From: an uncultured Eubacteriales bacterium
GTDB lineage: Bacteria > Bacillota > Clostridia > Oscillospirales > CAG-272
Assembly: GCA_900546635.1 (NCBI GenBank)
Contig: URDS01000003.1
Coordinates: forward strand, 252-64,251
Length of the DNA: 64,000 nucleotides
Reading direction: 5' to 3'
The notes beneath the pieces were generated by a model. The model saw only the letters and a list, made by a program, of their open reading frames with translations. It made no database searches and was not told where the DNA came from. Position numbers and translations under genes: made by a program. This document shows, piece by piece, positions 17,287 through 26,728 of the stretch; within the stretch, counting starts at the first letter, position 1, and every line of letters begins with the position of its first letter.

Positions 17287-19150
17287 ATTCAAAGAAAAAA
17301 CCAAGCCGCGGGGCGAGTACAAGGAAGACATTCTCGCCATGATCGACGCCGAGTGCCGCCGCCGTCACACGGAGCGCAGGCCGCTTGAGCTTCGCTGGAT
17401 GCTTTCGTCCAATTTTTACGCGGGGCACCAGTACTGCGACATCAATCCGTACGGCAGCGAGCTTGAGGACTACGCGCCCCCCTACGACTATATGGAGCGC
17501 GGAATCTACAACCGCATCGCGCCGCTGATCGACACGCGCATCGCCAATTTCAAGGCGCTCGATTTTTCGATGGAGGTCAGCCCCGCGACAAGCGAGCTTG
17601 CGGATTATGAAAAAAGTCTGATCGCCACGAGACTTCTCCGCCAGACGCAGTATAAATGCGATTTCCTTTCCAAAAAGGATTCCATGATTCTGTGGAGCGA
17701 GCTCTGCGGCACGGCCTTTCTGCTTTCGTGGTGGGACAAAAGCAAGGGGGACGCCTGCCGCGTCGGGGATGAGATTCTGCCGATGGGCGATCTGGATTTC
17801 GGCGTGCTCACGCCCTATGAGGTCCTGCCTGAGAGCATTTACAAGGAAAACCTCGCCGACCAGACTTCCGTGATTCTTGAACAGGTGGTGAGCGTTTCCG
17901 AGGTGGACAGGCGGTACGGCGTGCGGGTAAAGCCTGCGCAGGTCGATTCGTATGCGCTCGGCGTTTCGCCGGGCAGCGGCGGCTTCGGCTACACGGGCGC
18001 GACTTTTTCCATCGCCTACCGCAAGCCCGAAAATTCCACCTACGTGCGCACTTACATGGAAAAACCGAACGCGCGCTATCCCTCCGGGCGCATGATTATC
18101 GCGACGCCCGACCGCATTTTGTATTACGGGACGCTGCCGATCGACGAGTACCCGCTGGTTATGCTGCGCTGCAAAAACGCGGCCGGGATGTTCTTCGGGC
18201 GCTCGGTCATTGAGGATCTGATTCCGCTTCAGCGCGCGTACAACGGCGTGAAGAACAAGATTCACGACTACATCCGCACGCTGGCGCTCAACCCGCTGCT
18301 TGTGCCGGAGGGCGCGGTTGAGGACATGGAGGAGCTTGCGCAGAACGGAGTCGCGCCCGGCGACATTGTTGAGTACAACCCCGACCGCGGCGAGCCGAAG
18401 CCGCTTGCGAGCGCGGATTTCCCAAGCAGTGTGTTTGAAGAGTGTCAAAATCTGGCAAGTGAGATGGAATACGCCGCCGGACTTTCGCATCTGGGCGCGA
18501 CCGGCAACCAATCTTCCGCCCTGACCAGCGCGAGCGCGATCGAGCGCCTGCGCGAGATCGACGGCATCCGGCTTGCGCTGACGGCCGACTTGATCCGCGC
18601 CGCGGTGTTGCGCGCCGGTAAAATCTGGCTGAAGCTCTACAAGGCGCACGGAAGCTTTACGCATATCGAGCGGCTGACCGGCGCAAACGACCGGTCGGCG
18701 ATGCTTGTCTGGTGCGGCGAGGATATCAATTCCTACGACATCGTGTTTGAAAGCGAAAACACGCTGCTGCACAGCGACGAAAGCCAGATCGAAGCGATCC
18801 GCAGCGGAATCGCGCTCGGCCTCTTCGAGGACGAAACGGGCAGGATCCCGCGCGGCGTGAAGAAAAAGCTGCTCTGCCGGATGCACATCGGCGACTTTGT
18901 GCGCACGCTCTACGAAGACGATCTGCAAAGCGCGGCGGCGCGGCGGGAAAACGGCGAACTGCTTTCGGGCGCGCCGCTTGCGACCGGCGCGTGCGACGAC
19001 CATGAGATTCACATAGCCGAGCACCGGCGCGCCGCGCTGGAGTATTCCTATTATAAGATGAAGCAGCGCGATCCCCGGCGCGCGCAGGCGCTGGAGGACC
19101 ATATCGCCGAGCATGTAAAAATTTTCAAGGAGAAGAAGGAAAATGGATAA
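17273..19150 (+). CDS. Phage portal protein
   Basis: 625 aa from ATG 17273 (RBS GAGGAGGGGA). Its size, its position after terL, and its sequence character (RWMLSSNFYAGHQY..., acidic C-terminus) fit a portal. Confidence 0.8.
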   Translation: MSLFKFKEKTKPRGEYKEDILAMIDAECRRRHTERRPLELRWMLSSNFYAGHQYCDINPYGSELEDYAPPYDYMERGIYNRIAPLIDTRIANFKALDFSMEVSPATSELADYEKSLIATRLLRQTQYKCDFLSKKDSMILWSELCGTAFLLSWWDKSKGDACRVGDEILPMGDLDFGVLTPYEVLPESIYKENLADQTSVILEQVVSVSEVDRRYGVRVKPAQVDSYALGVSPGSGGFGYTGATFSIAYRKPENSTYVRTYMEKPNARYPSGRMIIATPDRILYYGTLPIDEYPLVMLRCKNAAGMFFGRSVIEDLIPLQRAYNGVKNKIHDYIRTLALNPLLVPEGAVEDMEELAQNGVAPGDIVEYNPDRGEPKPLASADFPSSVFEECQNLASEMEYAAGLSHLGATGNQSSALTSASAIERLREIDGIRLALTADLIRAAVLRAGKIWLKLYKAHGSFTHIERLTGANDRSAMLVWCGEDINSYDIVFESENTLLHSDESQIEAIRSGIALGLFEDETGRIPRGVKKKLLCRMHIGDFVRTLYEDDLQSAAARRENGELLSGAPLATGACDDHEIHIAEHRRAALEYSYYKMKQRDPRRAQALEDHIAEHVKIFKEKKENG

Positions 19151-19691
19151 TCGTGAATTTCCGGCGCTCGACTTCGCAGCGCTTGCCGCTCTGCCGGAGG
19201 ACGAACGCGCCGGCGCGCTCGCGGACTATGAAACGGCGGTGCGCGCCTATGCCGAGGACACCGGAAGGTCGGACGCGGCGGATGAACTCCGGCGCGCGCG
19301 CTACGAGGCGGCAAAGTACAAGATGGCGGCGGACGCAAGCTTTGCGGACTTCGGCGGGCGCATGGAGGCTGTCGAGCGCATTCTGGCCGAAACGCCCGCG
19401 CTCGACGCGCTCCCGGACGAGGAAAAGCTCCGCATGGCCTACTATATCGACCGCGGGATGCAAAAGAGCGCCGAACCGACCGCAGAAGAGCTTCTCGCGG
19501 CTGTTCGCCGCTCGCCCGAAGTGATGCGGACGCTTGAAGCGTCCTTCGCGGCCGCGCTCACGGCCAAAGACGAACCGGCGCTTTTTGCCAGCGCGGGCAA
19601 TTTCAGTATGCCCGCGACCGTGCGTGAAAAACCCAAAACCATAGGCGAGGCCTCCGCGCTTGCGCGCGAGGCGCTCGGACTAAAATCGTAA
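19143..19691 (+). CDS. Putative scaffolding protein
   Basis: 182 aa, helical and Ala/Glu/Arg-rich, lying between portal and capsid. Overlaps the portal stop. Confidence 0.55.
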   Translation: MDNREFPALDFAALAALPEDERAGALADYETAVRAYAEDTGRSDAADELRRARYEAAKYKMAADASFADFGGRMEAVERILAETPALDALPDEEKLRMAYYIDRGMQKSAEPTAEELLAAVRRSPEVMRTLEASFAAALTAKDEPALFASAGNFSMPATVREKPKTIGEASALAREALGLKS

Positions 19692-19704
19692 AGGAGAAAA
19701 AACA

Positions 19705-20922
19705 ATGGCACAAATTTTGACAAAGGTGGAAGCGATTCTCAAGGACAAGTATCAGCCCGCGCTCTGCAATCAGATCAACACGGAGCCCTCGCCCTTTCTG
19801 GAACGCATCAAAAAGGTCCCGCTGAAAAACAACACCATCAAGTGCGCCGCGCCTATAGGCATCAACGGCGGCTTCGGCTTTGGCGCGGAGGGCGTCGGCA
19901 CGCCCAAGGCGGGCGCGCAGCGCTATGCCTGCTTCGAGCTTGACGCGGTTGACATGTATGTCGATCTGCAGATTTCCAACAAGACCGTCGAACTGGCCAG
20001 CAGCAACGCCTCGTCCATGATTAACGCGCTGGACGGCGAGATTCGCGGTTCGTATGCGGCCGCGAAATGGAACATCGGCCGCGCGCTCTTCGGGGACGGC
20101 AGCGGCAAGCTGGCCGCCGTCAGCGCGGCGAGCGCGGCGAGCGGCGTGACCACGCTCACGCTTGACAGTGTGAAAAACGTGATCGAGGGACTGCGGATCG
20201 ACCTGTACAACACGCCGTCCACAGGCGACCCGACGCTGACCGACGCCAATTCGGGCAAGCGCATCATTTCGGTTGACCGCGCCGCAAAGAAGATCACGGT
20301 AGACGGCACGCTCACGCTCGGCGCAACCGGCGGATTCATCACCGTGCAGGGCAGCTACAACCGCGAGCTTTGCGGTCTCGGCGCCATCTTCACGGGCAGC
20401 AGCATCTACGGGCTTTCCAAGACCGACAATCCCTGGCTTGCGCCGACCGTCGTGGACGCGAAAAACGATCTGACCGATCTTGTGCTCTACCGCGGCGTCA
20501 AGCAGGCTAAGGATTACAAGGGCGCGTCTATCGACCTCATTATGATGGGCGACGACGCTTTCCTGGCTTACCAGGACTACATCCACACCAACAACATCAC
20601 CGTAGCCGACAAATATCAGTTTATCGGCGGCGCGGTCGGATACAAGGTGCTGGTCGGTTCCAGCGAGGTCGTGATCGTCAACGAGCGCTTCGTTCCCGAC
20701 GGGGAGGCCTGGGGCGTGGATACCTCCACGTTCTACCTTGAGGCGACGCCCTGGAACTTCATGGAAAAGGACGGCGGCATCTTCGTGCCGATGCCCGACA
20801 CCTCGATTTTCCGCGCGCTGCTTGCCTCTTATGGCAACCTGATGTGCGAAAATCCGGGCGGCGTGGTTCGCTTTACAAACGCGGGCGCCGCGGCTTCGAC
20901 GAGTAGTGGTTCGGGAACCTAA
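19705..20922 (+). CDS. Putative major capsid protein
   Basis: 405 aa with a strong RBS (AAAGGAGAAAAAACA). The position and the Gly/Ala-rich beta-type composition fit a capsid, and a hairpin follows at 20935-20960. Confidence 0.7.
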   Translation: MAQILTKVEAILKDKYQPALCNQINTEPSPFLERIKKVPLKNNTIKCAAPIGINGGFGFGAEGVGTPKAGAQRYACFELDAVDMYVDLQISNKTVELASSNASSMINALDGEIRGSYAAAKWNIGRALFGDGSGKLAAVSAASAASGVTTLTLDSVKNVIEGLRIDLYNTPSTGDPTLTDANSGKRIISVDRAAKKITVDGTLTLGATGGFITVQGSYNRELCGLGAIFTGSSIYGLSKTDNPWLAPTVVDAKNDLTDLVLYRGVKQAKDYKGASIDLIMMGDDAFLAYQDYIHTNNITVADKYQFIGGAVGYKVLVGSSEVVIVNERFVPDGEAWGVDTSTFYLEATPWNFMEKDGGIFVPMPDTSIFRALLASYGNLMCENPGGVVRFTNAGAAASTSSGSGT

Positions 20923-21004
20923 AGGAAAGCCGAACGGCTGAAGCCCGAGGGCTTCAGCCGCAGAACAATCCGTCCCGGAAACGGAACGGCGGATTCTATA
21001 AGGA

Positions 21005-21175
21005 GTTTACAAGGCGGACATGCGCCGCTTTGTAAACACCTTACGGGCACGCGAGCGCCGACCGTAGGAGGCGCGACGACGCGAGTGAACGTGCCCCATC
21101 GTCGCAAAACCTTGGTTTTGCGGCGGATTAAGGCGGCGCATGTCCGCCTTGTAAACATAGTTTATTTGTAAATTT
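21005..21175. repeat. Dispersed structured repeat, copy C (full-length, ~170 bp, with terminal inverted repeats)
   Basis: Left end GTTTACAAGGCGGACATGCGCCGCTTTGTAAAC. Core ACCTTACGGGCACGCGAGCGCCGACCGTAGGAGGCGCGACGACGCGAGTGAACGTGCCCCATCGTCGCAAAACCTTGGTTTTGCGGCGG. Right end AAGGCGGCGCATGTCCGCCTTGTAAACATAGTTTATTTGTAAAT. Confidence 0.85.
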
Positions 21176-21229
21176 TTACTGTACAGGGGGCGGTGCGCCG
21201 TCCCCTGTTTTCAAAAACGGGAGGATCGT

Positions 21230-21571
21230 ATGGATCTGAAAAAATTATACGGCGACTGCACGGTGCTGTGCGGCAGTGAACCGCCGCTCTACACATTTTT
21301 CGTGCATCTGGATATGGGGGTGCGCGCGCTGCTTGCGCGCTATCCGAAAAAGCTGCTTTTTTCGGAGGGGGAATACGCGCCGCCCGAAACGCTGTCGGAC
21401 GAGCTTGGGCTGCGCGAGGAATTTTATCTGCCGCTGCTCTGTTTTGTGGCATGCAGAAACGGCGGGGACAAGGCGCTTGACAAAACCTTTTCGGAGAGCG
21501 CCGAGGCGGCCTATCTCGGTCTTTGGCGCAAGCAGGCGCGTTCGCTGCGCAGAAAGGGGGATGTTTGGTAA
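21230..21571 (+). CDS. Hypothetical phage protein (113 aa), possible head completion/adaptor
   Basis: GGGAGGA RBS upstream. TAATG overlap with the next gene. Role inferred from position only. Confidence 0.5.
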   Translation: MDLKKLYGDCTVLCGSEPPLYTFFVHLDMGVRALLARYPKKLLFSEGEYAPPETLSDELGLREEFYLPLLCFVACRNGGDKALDKTFSESAEAAYLGLWRKQARSLRRKGDVW

Positions 21572-22137
21572 TGTTTTCGGCTGATATAACGGTAGGGGAA
21601 CTGCTTTCACAGGTGCAAAATGCATTTTTGCCGGCGCTGGAGATTCCACAGGCGTATCTGCTCTGCGAATACAACGCGCTGCTCCGCGCGCTCTATCTTT
21701 CGCTGCCGGGCGGGGATGAGACCCAAAAAATTGAGGCTGCGGACGGGCTTTTGCCCATTTTGGGCTCCCCGGCGCGCGTACGCCGCGTCTTTTTCGGCGA
21801 CCGAGAACTGCTTCGCGGCTCGCCCGCGCTGCTTGACGTTCTGCCCGACTATCCGCTGTTTTGCCCCGTGTCGGGCGGACTGCGGGTTCCCTATGACGGG
21901 GAATATACACTGCTTTTGCGTTCGCTGCCCGCGGCGCTCACGTCCGCGGAGGCGGCCACGTGCGCGGTCATGCTCGAAAACGAGGATGTTCCGATGATGC
22001 GCGCCTATCTGTTTCACCGCGCCTATCTGTATGCGGCGGACGGCGCGTGCGCCAATCTCTACGGCGCGGAATACAACCGTTTGCTGGAGGAGTTCCGGCG
22101 TGTGAGGGGAGTGCTCCGATGCGCGGACGAAGATTAA
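21571..22137 (+). CDS. Hypothetical phage protein (188 aa)
   Basis: Start at ATG 21571, coupled to the upstream stop. No recognisable motif. Confidence 0.5.
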   Translation: MFSADITVGELLSQVQNAFLPALEIPQAYLLCEYNALLRALYLSLPGGDETQKIEAADGLLPILGSPARVRRVFFGDRELLRGSPALLDVLPDYPLFCPVSGGLRVPYDGEYTLLLRSLPAALTSAEAATCAVMLENEDVPMMRAYLFHRAYLYAADGACANLYGAEYNRLLEEFRRVRGVLRCADED

Positions 22138-24008
22138 ATACCGAAAAGTTGCCCGCCACAGCGCGCAAAATTCTGGAAATCACCGACTTTTCGGGACTTT
22201 GCGACCGCGGCGCCGAGACCGGGAGTCTGCTCCTCGCCGACGGGATCCGCGTGCTGTCCGAGGGCGCGCTCGCCTCAATTCTCGGCAGTGTGCAGGTGAG
22301 CGTCGGGCAGAGCACGCTGCACCCCGGTGTATATACGCTCTATGACTGCTATGACAGCGTATATGAAACGCCGGTGAATACGGATTTTATCTATCGCAAC
22401 ATCTGTCCGGAGGATGTCATGGCCTATTCCGAAACCGAGACGGCGGCCTCCCGCGTACTGGTCGGGGAGAATTTGCTGCCCGGAAAGACCGCGGACGGCT
22501 ACCGCAATCTGCTCGGCGCGTACGCGGACGATAAGGCGTTTTACATTTTCTACGACGCGGTGCTCAACATCATCGATCATCGGCGAACCGATTCTTTTGA
22601 GTCGGTCGGAAGCGGCATCGTCGTGCAGTTTGAAAACCTCAAATCGACGACCTCCACCTACGCCTATACCGTGCACCAGCTTTGGCTGGACATGGTTACG
22701 CCGCGCACAGGCACGGTCGTATCCAAAATGATCGGCGCGGAGCGGACGCAGTTGTTTTCGGTGCCGGTAAGCCGCGAGCGGGCGACGCTTGTGTCGGAGG
22801 ACAGGCAGACCTATCGCTATGTTTCCTCCGCGTATACGCCCGATCTCGGCGCCGTCTATATTCCCCGCCCGGACACGCTGTATACCGACGATTACGCGGA
22901 ACTCGGCGAGAGGCGTCCCGAATACGAGACCTACGTCGAGGGAATGACGGTTGCGCACTACCGGAAGTATCTGACGGCCATCGGCGGCACGCCGGTGGGC
23001 GGGCGCGACTATGTGTTGGTTCTGCCGACGATGCAGATTTTAACGGTGAGCGGCGGGAGCATTTCGGTAGAGGCGCCGAGGAACGATATGCCACCGATGG
23101 AGCAAGCCGTACAGCATTTCGGGCGGCTTTTCGGTATTTTCGGAACCGAGATCTACGCTTCGAGAAACGGCGACTGCACCGACTTTACGCTGCCCGCGCC
23201 CGGAAGCACGGATGCGTCGGCCGCCTGGACGGCGACGACCGCGGGCAGGGAGGGCGCGTTTACCGCGCTTGCTTCTTTTGACGGCAAAATCGTGGCGTTC
23301 ACCGAAAAATCCATGCTGACCGTGGAGGGAAGCGAGCTTCCGTTTTCGCTTTCCTATGTGGGCGCGCACGGCTGCCGGTCGCAGTCGGCGCTGGCCGCAT
23401 GCGGGTCGTATCTCTATTTCGTCTCGGACGCGGGCGTGATGCGGTACAACGGCACCTCGGTGAAGTCGATTTCAAGCGACCTTTTGCCCGATTCGCTTGC
23501 GGATGCGTCGCTTTGCGCGACCGACGGGACGCTGCTGCTTTGTCTGCCGCTGTCCAAAACGATCTATATGTACGATTTGGCAAGCGAGATATGGAGCAGC
23601 CGGCGCGAGCACGAGGCGGAGATGCGTCTCTTCGGCGCGGGAAACATGGCCGCGCTCGTGTTAGAGCAAGGGCAGGGACAGCAGCTTCGGCTTGTAAACG
23701 GCGGCGCGGCGCAGTATGCGTTTGCGTTGCTTTTGGATTTTCCGCAGCGGCGGCGCATTTACAGAATTTCGCTCACTGCCGAGCTTGAAGCGGGCACGAC
23801 GCTCTCGGTTTCGGGCGCGGACGGGGATGCGATGTTCTCGACCACAGGGACGGACGGAAAGGTTCGCGCCTATTCGTTTGTGCCCCAAAATCTATATATG
23901 GAAAGCGGCGTTTTGCGCTTTTTCGGCGTGGGGCGCATCAAGCTTCACACACTGCGGCTGGAATACGCCGAGGTTGAAAACACATTTGGGAGGTATGGCA
24001 TATGCTGA
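22119..24008 (+). CDS. Large virion structural protein (629 aa), putative short-tail/nozzle or beta-propeller-like component
   Basis: ATG 22119 overlaps the upstream gene. The C-terminal half has repeated beta-strand patterns (GKIVAFTEKSMLTVEG, GSYLYFVSDAGVMRYNG, DGTLLLCLPLSKTIYMYD). Confidence 0.5.
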   Translation: MRGRRLNTEKLPATARKILEITDFSGLCDRGAETGSLLLADGIRVLSEGALASILGSVQVSVGQSTLHPGVYTLYDCYDSVYETPVNTDFIYRNICPEDVMAYSETETAASRVLVGENLLPGKTADGYRNLLGAYADDKAFYIFYDAVLNIIDHRRTDSFESVGSGIVVQFENLKSTTSTYAYTVHQLWLDMVTPRTGTVVSKMIGAERTQLFSVPVSRERATLVSEDRQTYRYVSSAYTPDLGAVYIPRPDTLYTDDYAELGERRPEYETYVEGMTVAHYRKYLTAIGGTPVGGRDYVLVLPTMQILTVSGGSISVEAPRNDMPPMEQAVQHFGRLFGIFGTEIYASRNGDCTDFTLPAPGSTDASAAWTATTAGREGAFTALASFDGKIVAFTEKSMLTVEGSELPFSLSYVGAHGCRSQSALAACGSYLYFVSDAGVMRYNGTSVKSISSDLLPDSLADASLCATDGTLLLCLPLSKTIYMYDLASEIWSSRREHEAEMRLFGAGNMAALVLEQGQGQQLRLVNGGAAQYAFALLLDFPQRRRIYRISLTAELEAGTTLSVSGADGDAMFSTTGTDGKVRAYSFVPQNLYMESGVLRFFGVGRIKLHTLRLEYAEVENTFGRYGIC

Positions 24009-25072
24009 TTAATATAAAGGCGGACGGCTGCCGTCTGTTTGCCGACCAGCCGGTGATTGCCAGCGGGTCGGTCGGGACGGTGAATGTGCGGTTTTGCTTG
24101 GATCCGCTGTGGGCGGATTATCAAAAGAGCGCGGTTTTCCGCGCCGGCGGCAAAAAATACACGATGCTTTTGACGGGCGACACCTGCGCGTTTCCGCAGG
24201 AGGCGCTGCAAAGGAGCGGCGAGGTGCATCTCGGCCTTGTGGGTGTTTGGGGCGGCAAAACGCTGACCAGCACCATGTGCCGCCTTGTGGTTTCGCCCGG
24301 CGCGCCGAAAAACGGGCAGGAGAGCGAAAATTATACGCCCGGACTGTATGAGCAGTTCGCGGCAAAATTTTCAAAATTCGAGAACATGACGGCGACCGCC
24401 GTGCAGGGCACCGAAACAAAGGTCAGCGTGACCACGGACGATACGGCCATGCGGCTGGATTTCACGCTGCAAAAGGGCGAGACGGGCGCGCAGGGCGCGC
24501 AGGGCGAGGCCGGCGGTTATTATACCCCGTCTGTTGACAGCGCGGGCAACCTGAGTTGGAGCGCGAGCAAATCCGGTATGCCGAGTGTCGGCGGCGCCTA
24601 TATCCGCGGCGAAAAGGGAGACGCCTTTACCTACGCGGACTTCACCGAGGAACAACTCGCGGCGCTGAAAGGCCCGAAAGGGGACACCGGCGCGAAAGGC
24701 GATACAGGCGCGGCCGGAGCGCCGGGCGCGGCGGCGGGCTTTGGTACGCCGACGGCGACGGTAAACGCAAACACGGGTACGCCGAGCGTCACCGTGACGG
24801 CCAGCGGCGCGGATACCGCAAAGGTGTTCAGCTTCGCGTTCGAAAACTTAAAAGGCGAAAAGGGCGATCCGGGAAGCGTTGAAAATATACCCGCCGCATC
24901 CGCCACGGCGGCGGGCGTTATCAAAATCGGAAGCGGGCTGAAAATCGACGCAGGCGGCACTGCGAGCGTGGACACGGTAAGCGCCGTCACGCAAAACAGC
25001 ACAAAGCCTATCACGTCCGGCGCGGTGTACGCGGCTATAGGGAACGTCGAGTCCCTGCTCGCGGCAATATAG
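24002..25072 (+). CDS. Tail fibre-like protein with collagen-like G-X-Y stretches
   Basis: GETGAQGAQGEAG, GPKGDTGAKGDTGAAGAPGAAAG and GEKGDPG triplet runs. 7-nt overlap with the upstream gene. Confidence 0.65.
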   Translation: MLINIKADGCRLFADQPVIASGSVGTVNVRFCLDPLWADYQKSAVFRAGGKKYTMLLTGDTCAFPQEALQRSGEVHLGLVGVWGGKTLTSTMCRLVVSPGAPKNGQESENYTPGLYEQFAAKFSKFENMTATAVQGTETKVSVTTDDTAMRLDFTLQKGETGAQGAQGEAGGYYTPSVDSAGNLSWSASKSGMPSVGGAYIRGEKGDAFTYADFTEEQLAALKGPKGDTGAKGDTGAAGAPGAAAGFGTPTATVNANTGTPSVTVTASGADTAKVFSFAFENLKGEKGDPGSVENIPAASATAAGVIKIGSGLKIDAGGTASVDTVSAVTQNSTKPITSGAVYAAIGNVESLLAAI

Positions 25073-25082
25073 GAGGGGCGGT

Positions 25083-25631
25083 ATGAGTATTGCAACGCAA
25101 ATCACACGGCTGAAAAATGCGAAAACCGCGCTTGCCTCCGCGCTGTCGGGCAAGGGCATAACTGTTCCGTCCGCGACAAAGCTTGACGGCTACGCGGCGC
25201 TGCTGAGCGGCGCCGCCGCCGTGGTCAACGTATCGGGCGACACGGTAACGGCCGACAAGCTGGCAAAGGGCTACACCGCGCACAACGCGGCGGGCACGCA
25301 AATCACGGGAACGATGGAAGCGGGCGGCGAGACCGCGACGCTGACGGTAGACAATGGCACAAGCTCGGCCATATCGGCTAAACTATACAATTTCGACGGT
25401 ACGGAGACCGCGCTTTCCTTCCCGAGCGGAACCTCCTCCCATACCGTGCCGAAATACGCATTTATCGAAGTCGATTCCGGCGGTTGTTACGCGGAATCTT
25501 ATACGGGGTGCAAAGCTTATTCCTCTGTGTCGCAGTATAACCCCGACATTGGCGATTTTGAACTGTATTTCGCCGGTTTGCTGGTTACGGCTTCTCAGGC
25601 AACTGTAAGTATATCTTACAATTATGTATAA
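25083..25631 (+). CDS. Hypothetical tail/fibre-associated protein (182 aa)
   Basis: GGAGGGG RBS. The N-terminus MSIATQITRLKNAKTALASALSGKGITVPS resembles fibre/assembly proteins. Position supports this. Confidence 0.45.
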   Translation: MSIATQITRLKNAKTALASALSGKGITVPSATKLDGYAALLSGAAAVVNVSGDTVTADKLAKGYTAHNAAGTQITGTMEAGGETATLTVDNGTSSAISAKLYNFDGTETALSFPSGTSSHTVPKYAFIEVDSGGCYAESYTGCKAYSSVSQYNPDIGDFELYFAGLLVTASQATVSISYNYV

Positions 25632-25674
25632 GCAATGTGCGAGCGAACGGTATACATACAGGAGGTGAATCAAA

Positions 25675-25908
25675 ATGACCTGGGAAATCATACTCGGCAT
25701 CATTACGCTTGTCGGCTTCGGCCTCTCGGTAATCACGCCGATTATCAAGCTCAATTCGAGCATAACCAAACTGAACTGCTCGATTGACAGCTTAAATCAG
25801 AACATGGCGCGCAACGAAGCGCGCATCACGCATCACGGCGAGCAGCTTGACAACCACGAGCACCGGCTTACTGTGCTGGAGGCGAAGGAGAAAGGAGACA
25901 AGGGATGA
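25675..25908 (+). CDS. Small membrane protein, N-terminal TM plus coiled coil (lysis accessory or holin-like)
   Basis: 77 aa. TM segment WEIILGIITLVGFGLSVITPII is followed by a heptad-like region. AGGAGGTGA RBS. Confidence 0.55.
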   Translation: MTWEIILGIITLVGFGLSVITPIIKLNSSITKLNCSIDSLNQNMARNEARITHHGEQLDNHEHRLTVLEAKEKGDKG

Positions 25909-26477
25909 TTATACCGTTTGAAACGGAGCAGGTAAAACTGACCTCCCCTTACGGGGAACGAACCTTAAACGGGCAGACGAATTTTCATACCGGATACGAC
26001 CTTGTGGGCGTCGGTTCAAAGAACGTGACGGCGGTTGAGAGCGGCACGGTCGTGCGTTCCCGAATCGTGACCGACAAGCAGAATCTCACATGGCAGTGGG
26101 GCAATTATGTTTGTGTGAAAACGGCGGCCGGACAGTACCATTATTACTGTCATTTGGACTCGCGCGCGGTGCGCGAGGGGCAGAATGTGAAAGCCGGCGA
26201 AAAGCTCGGCGTGATGGGGAACACGGGCTATTCGTTCGGTGCGCATCTGCATTTTGAGGTGCGGCGCGCGGACGGAAAAACGAAAGTCAATCCGGAGGAA
26301 GTGCTGCAAATTCCGAACGCGGTCGGCACATACGCGCGCATGTCGCTGAGCGCGGCGGTGGATGCGCTGCAAGCGCGCGGCGTGCTGTCAAGTCCGGAGT
26401 ATTGGAAGAAAAACGCGGAAAAACTGCAATATCTGCCCGATCTGATCCGCAACATGGCGGAGGCGCTTGCGCGATGA
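25905..26477 (+). CDS. M23-family peptidase endolysin
   Basis: HTGYDL ... GNTGYSFGAHLHFEVR (the HxxxD and HxH zinc motifs of M23). C-terminal ~50 aa contain the motif GVLSSPEYWKKNAEKLQYLPDLIRNMAEAL. Confidence 0.82.
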   Translation: MIIPFETEQVKLTSPYGERTLNGQTNFHTGYDLVGVGSKNVTAVESGTVVRSRIVTDKQNLTWQWGNYVCVKTAAGQYHYYCHLDSRAVREGQNVKAGEKLGVMGNTGYSFGAHLHFEVRRADGKTKVNPEEVLQIPNAVGTYARMSLSAAVDALQARGVLSSPEYWKKNAEKLQYLPDLIRNMAEALAR

Positions 26478-26725
26478 GGGAATTTTCAAAATGCGTGATC
26501 GCGCTTTTGATCGGCGCATGGTTTTTGTGCGCGCTGCTCGGCATCGCGGTCGTCCTCGTGCAGCTTGTGCGCGGGGACTGCGCCGTGAATCTGTCGGATC
26601 TTTTGCTGTATATCGGCGCGCCGATGACCGGCGGCATTGTGAGCTATATGCTCAAAAGCGCCTATGAGAACAAAGAGAAAATAAAGGGCGGCCATACGGA
26701 GCCGCCCCAGATTGATGAGGTGTGA
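26474..26725 (+). CDS. Two-TM small membrane protein (holin-like)
   Basis: ATGA overlap with the endolysin stop. TM segments VIALLIGAWFLCALLGIAVVLV and LLLYIGAPMTGGIVSYML. Confidence 0.55.
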   Translation: MREFSKCVIALLIGAWFLCALLGIAVVLVQLVRGDCAVNLSDLLLYIGAPMTGGIVSYMLKSAYENKEKIKGGHTEPPQIDEV

Positions 26726-26728
26726 GCA

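Noticed and set aside
17057-19114. 685-aa ORF on the minus strand
   Set aside because: It is exactly antisense to the portal gene, Arg/Ala/Gly/Val-rich with no motifs and no RBS. This is a typical high-GC shadow ORF.
19603-20586. 327-aa minus-strand ORF
   Set aside because: Antisense to the capsid gene and lacking an RBS. Shadow ORF.
24002-25631. Diversity-generating retroelement or other hypervariation system acting on the fibre genes
   Set aside because: No reverse transcriptase ORF and no template/variable repeat pair is visible near the fibre genes.
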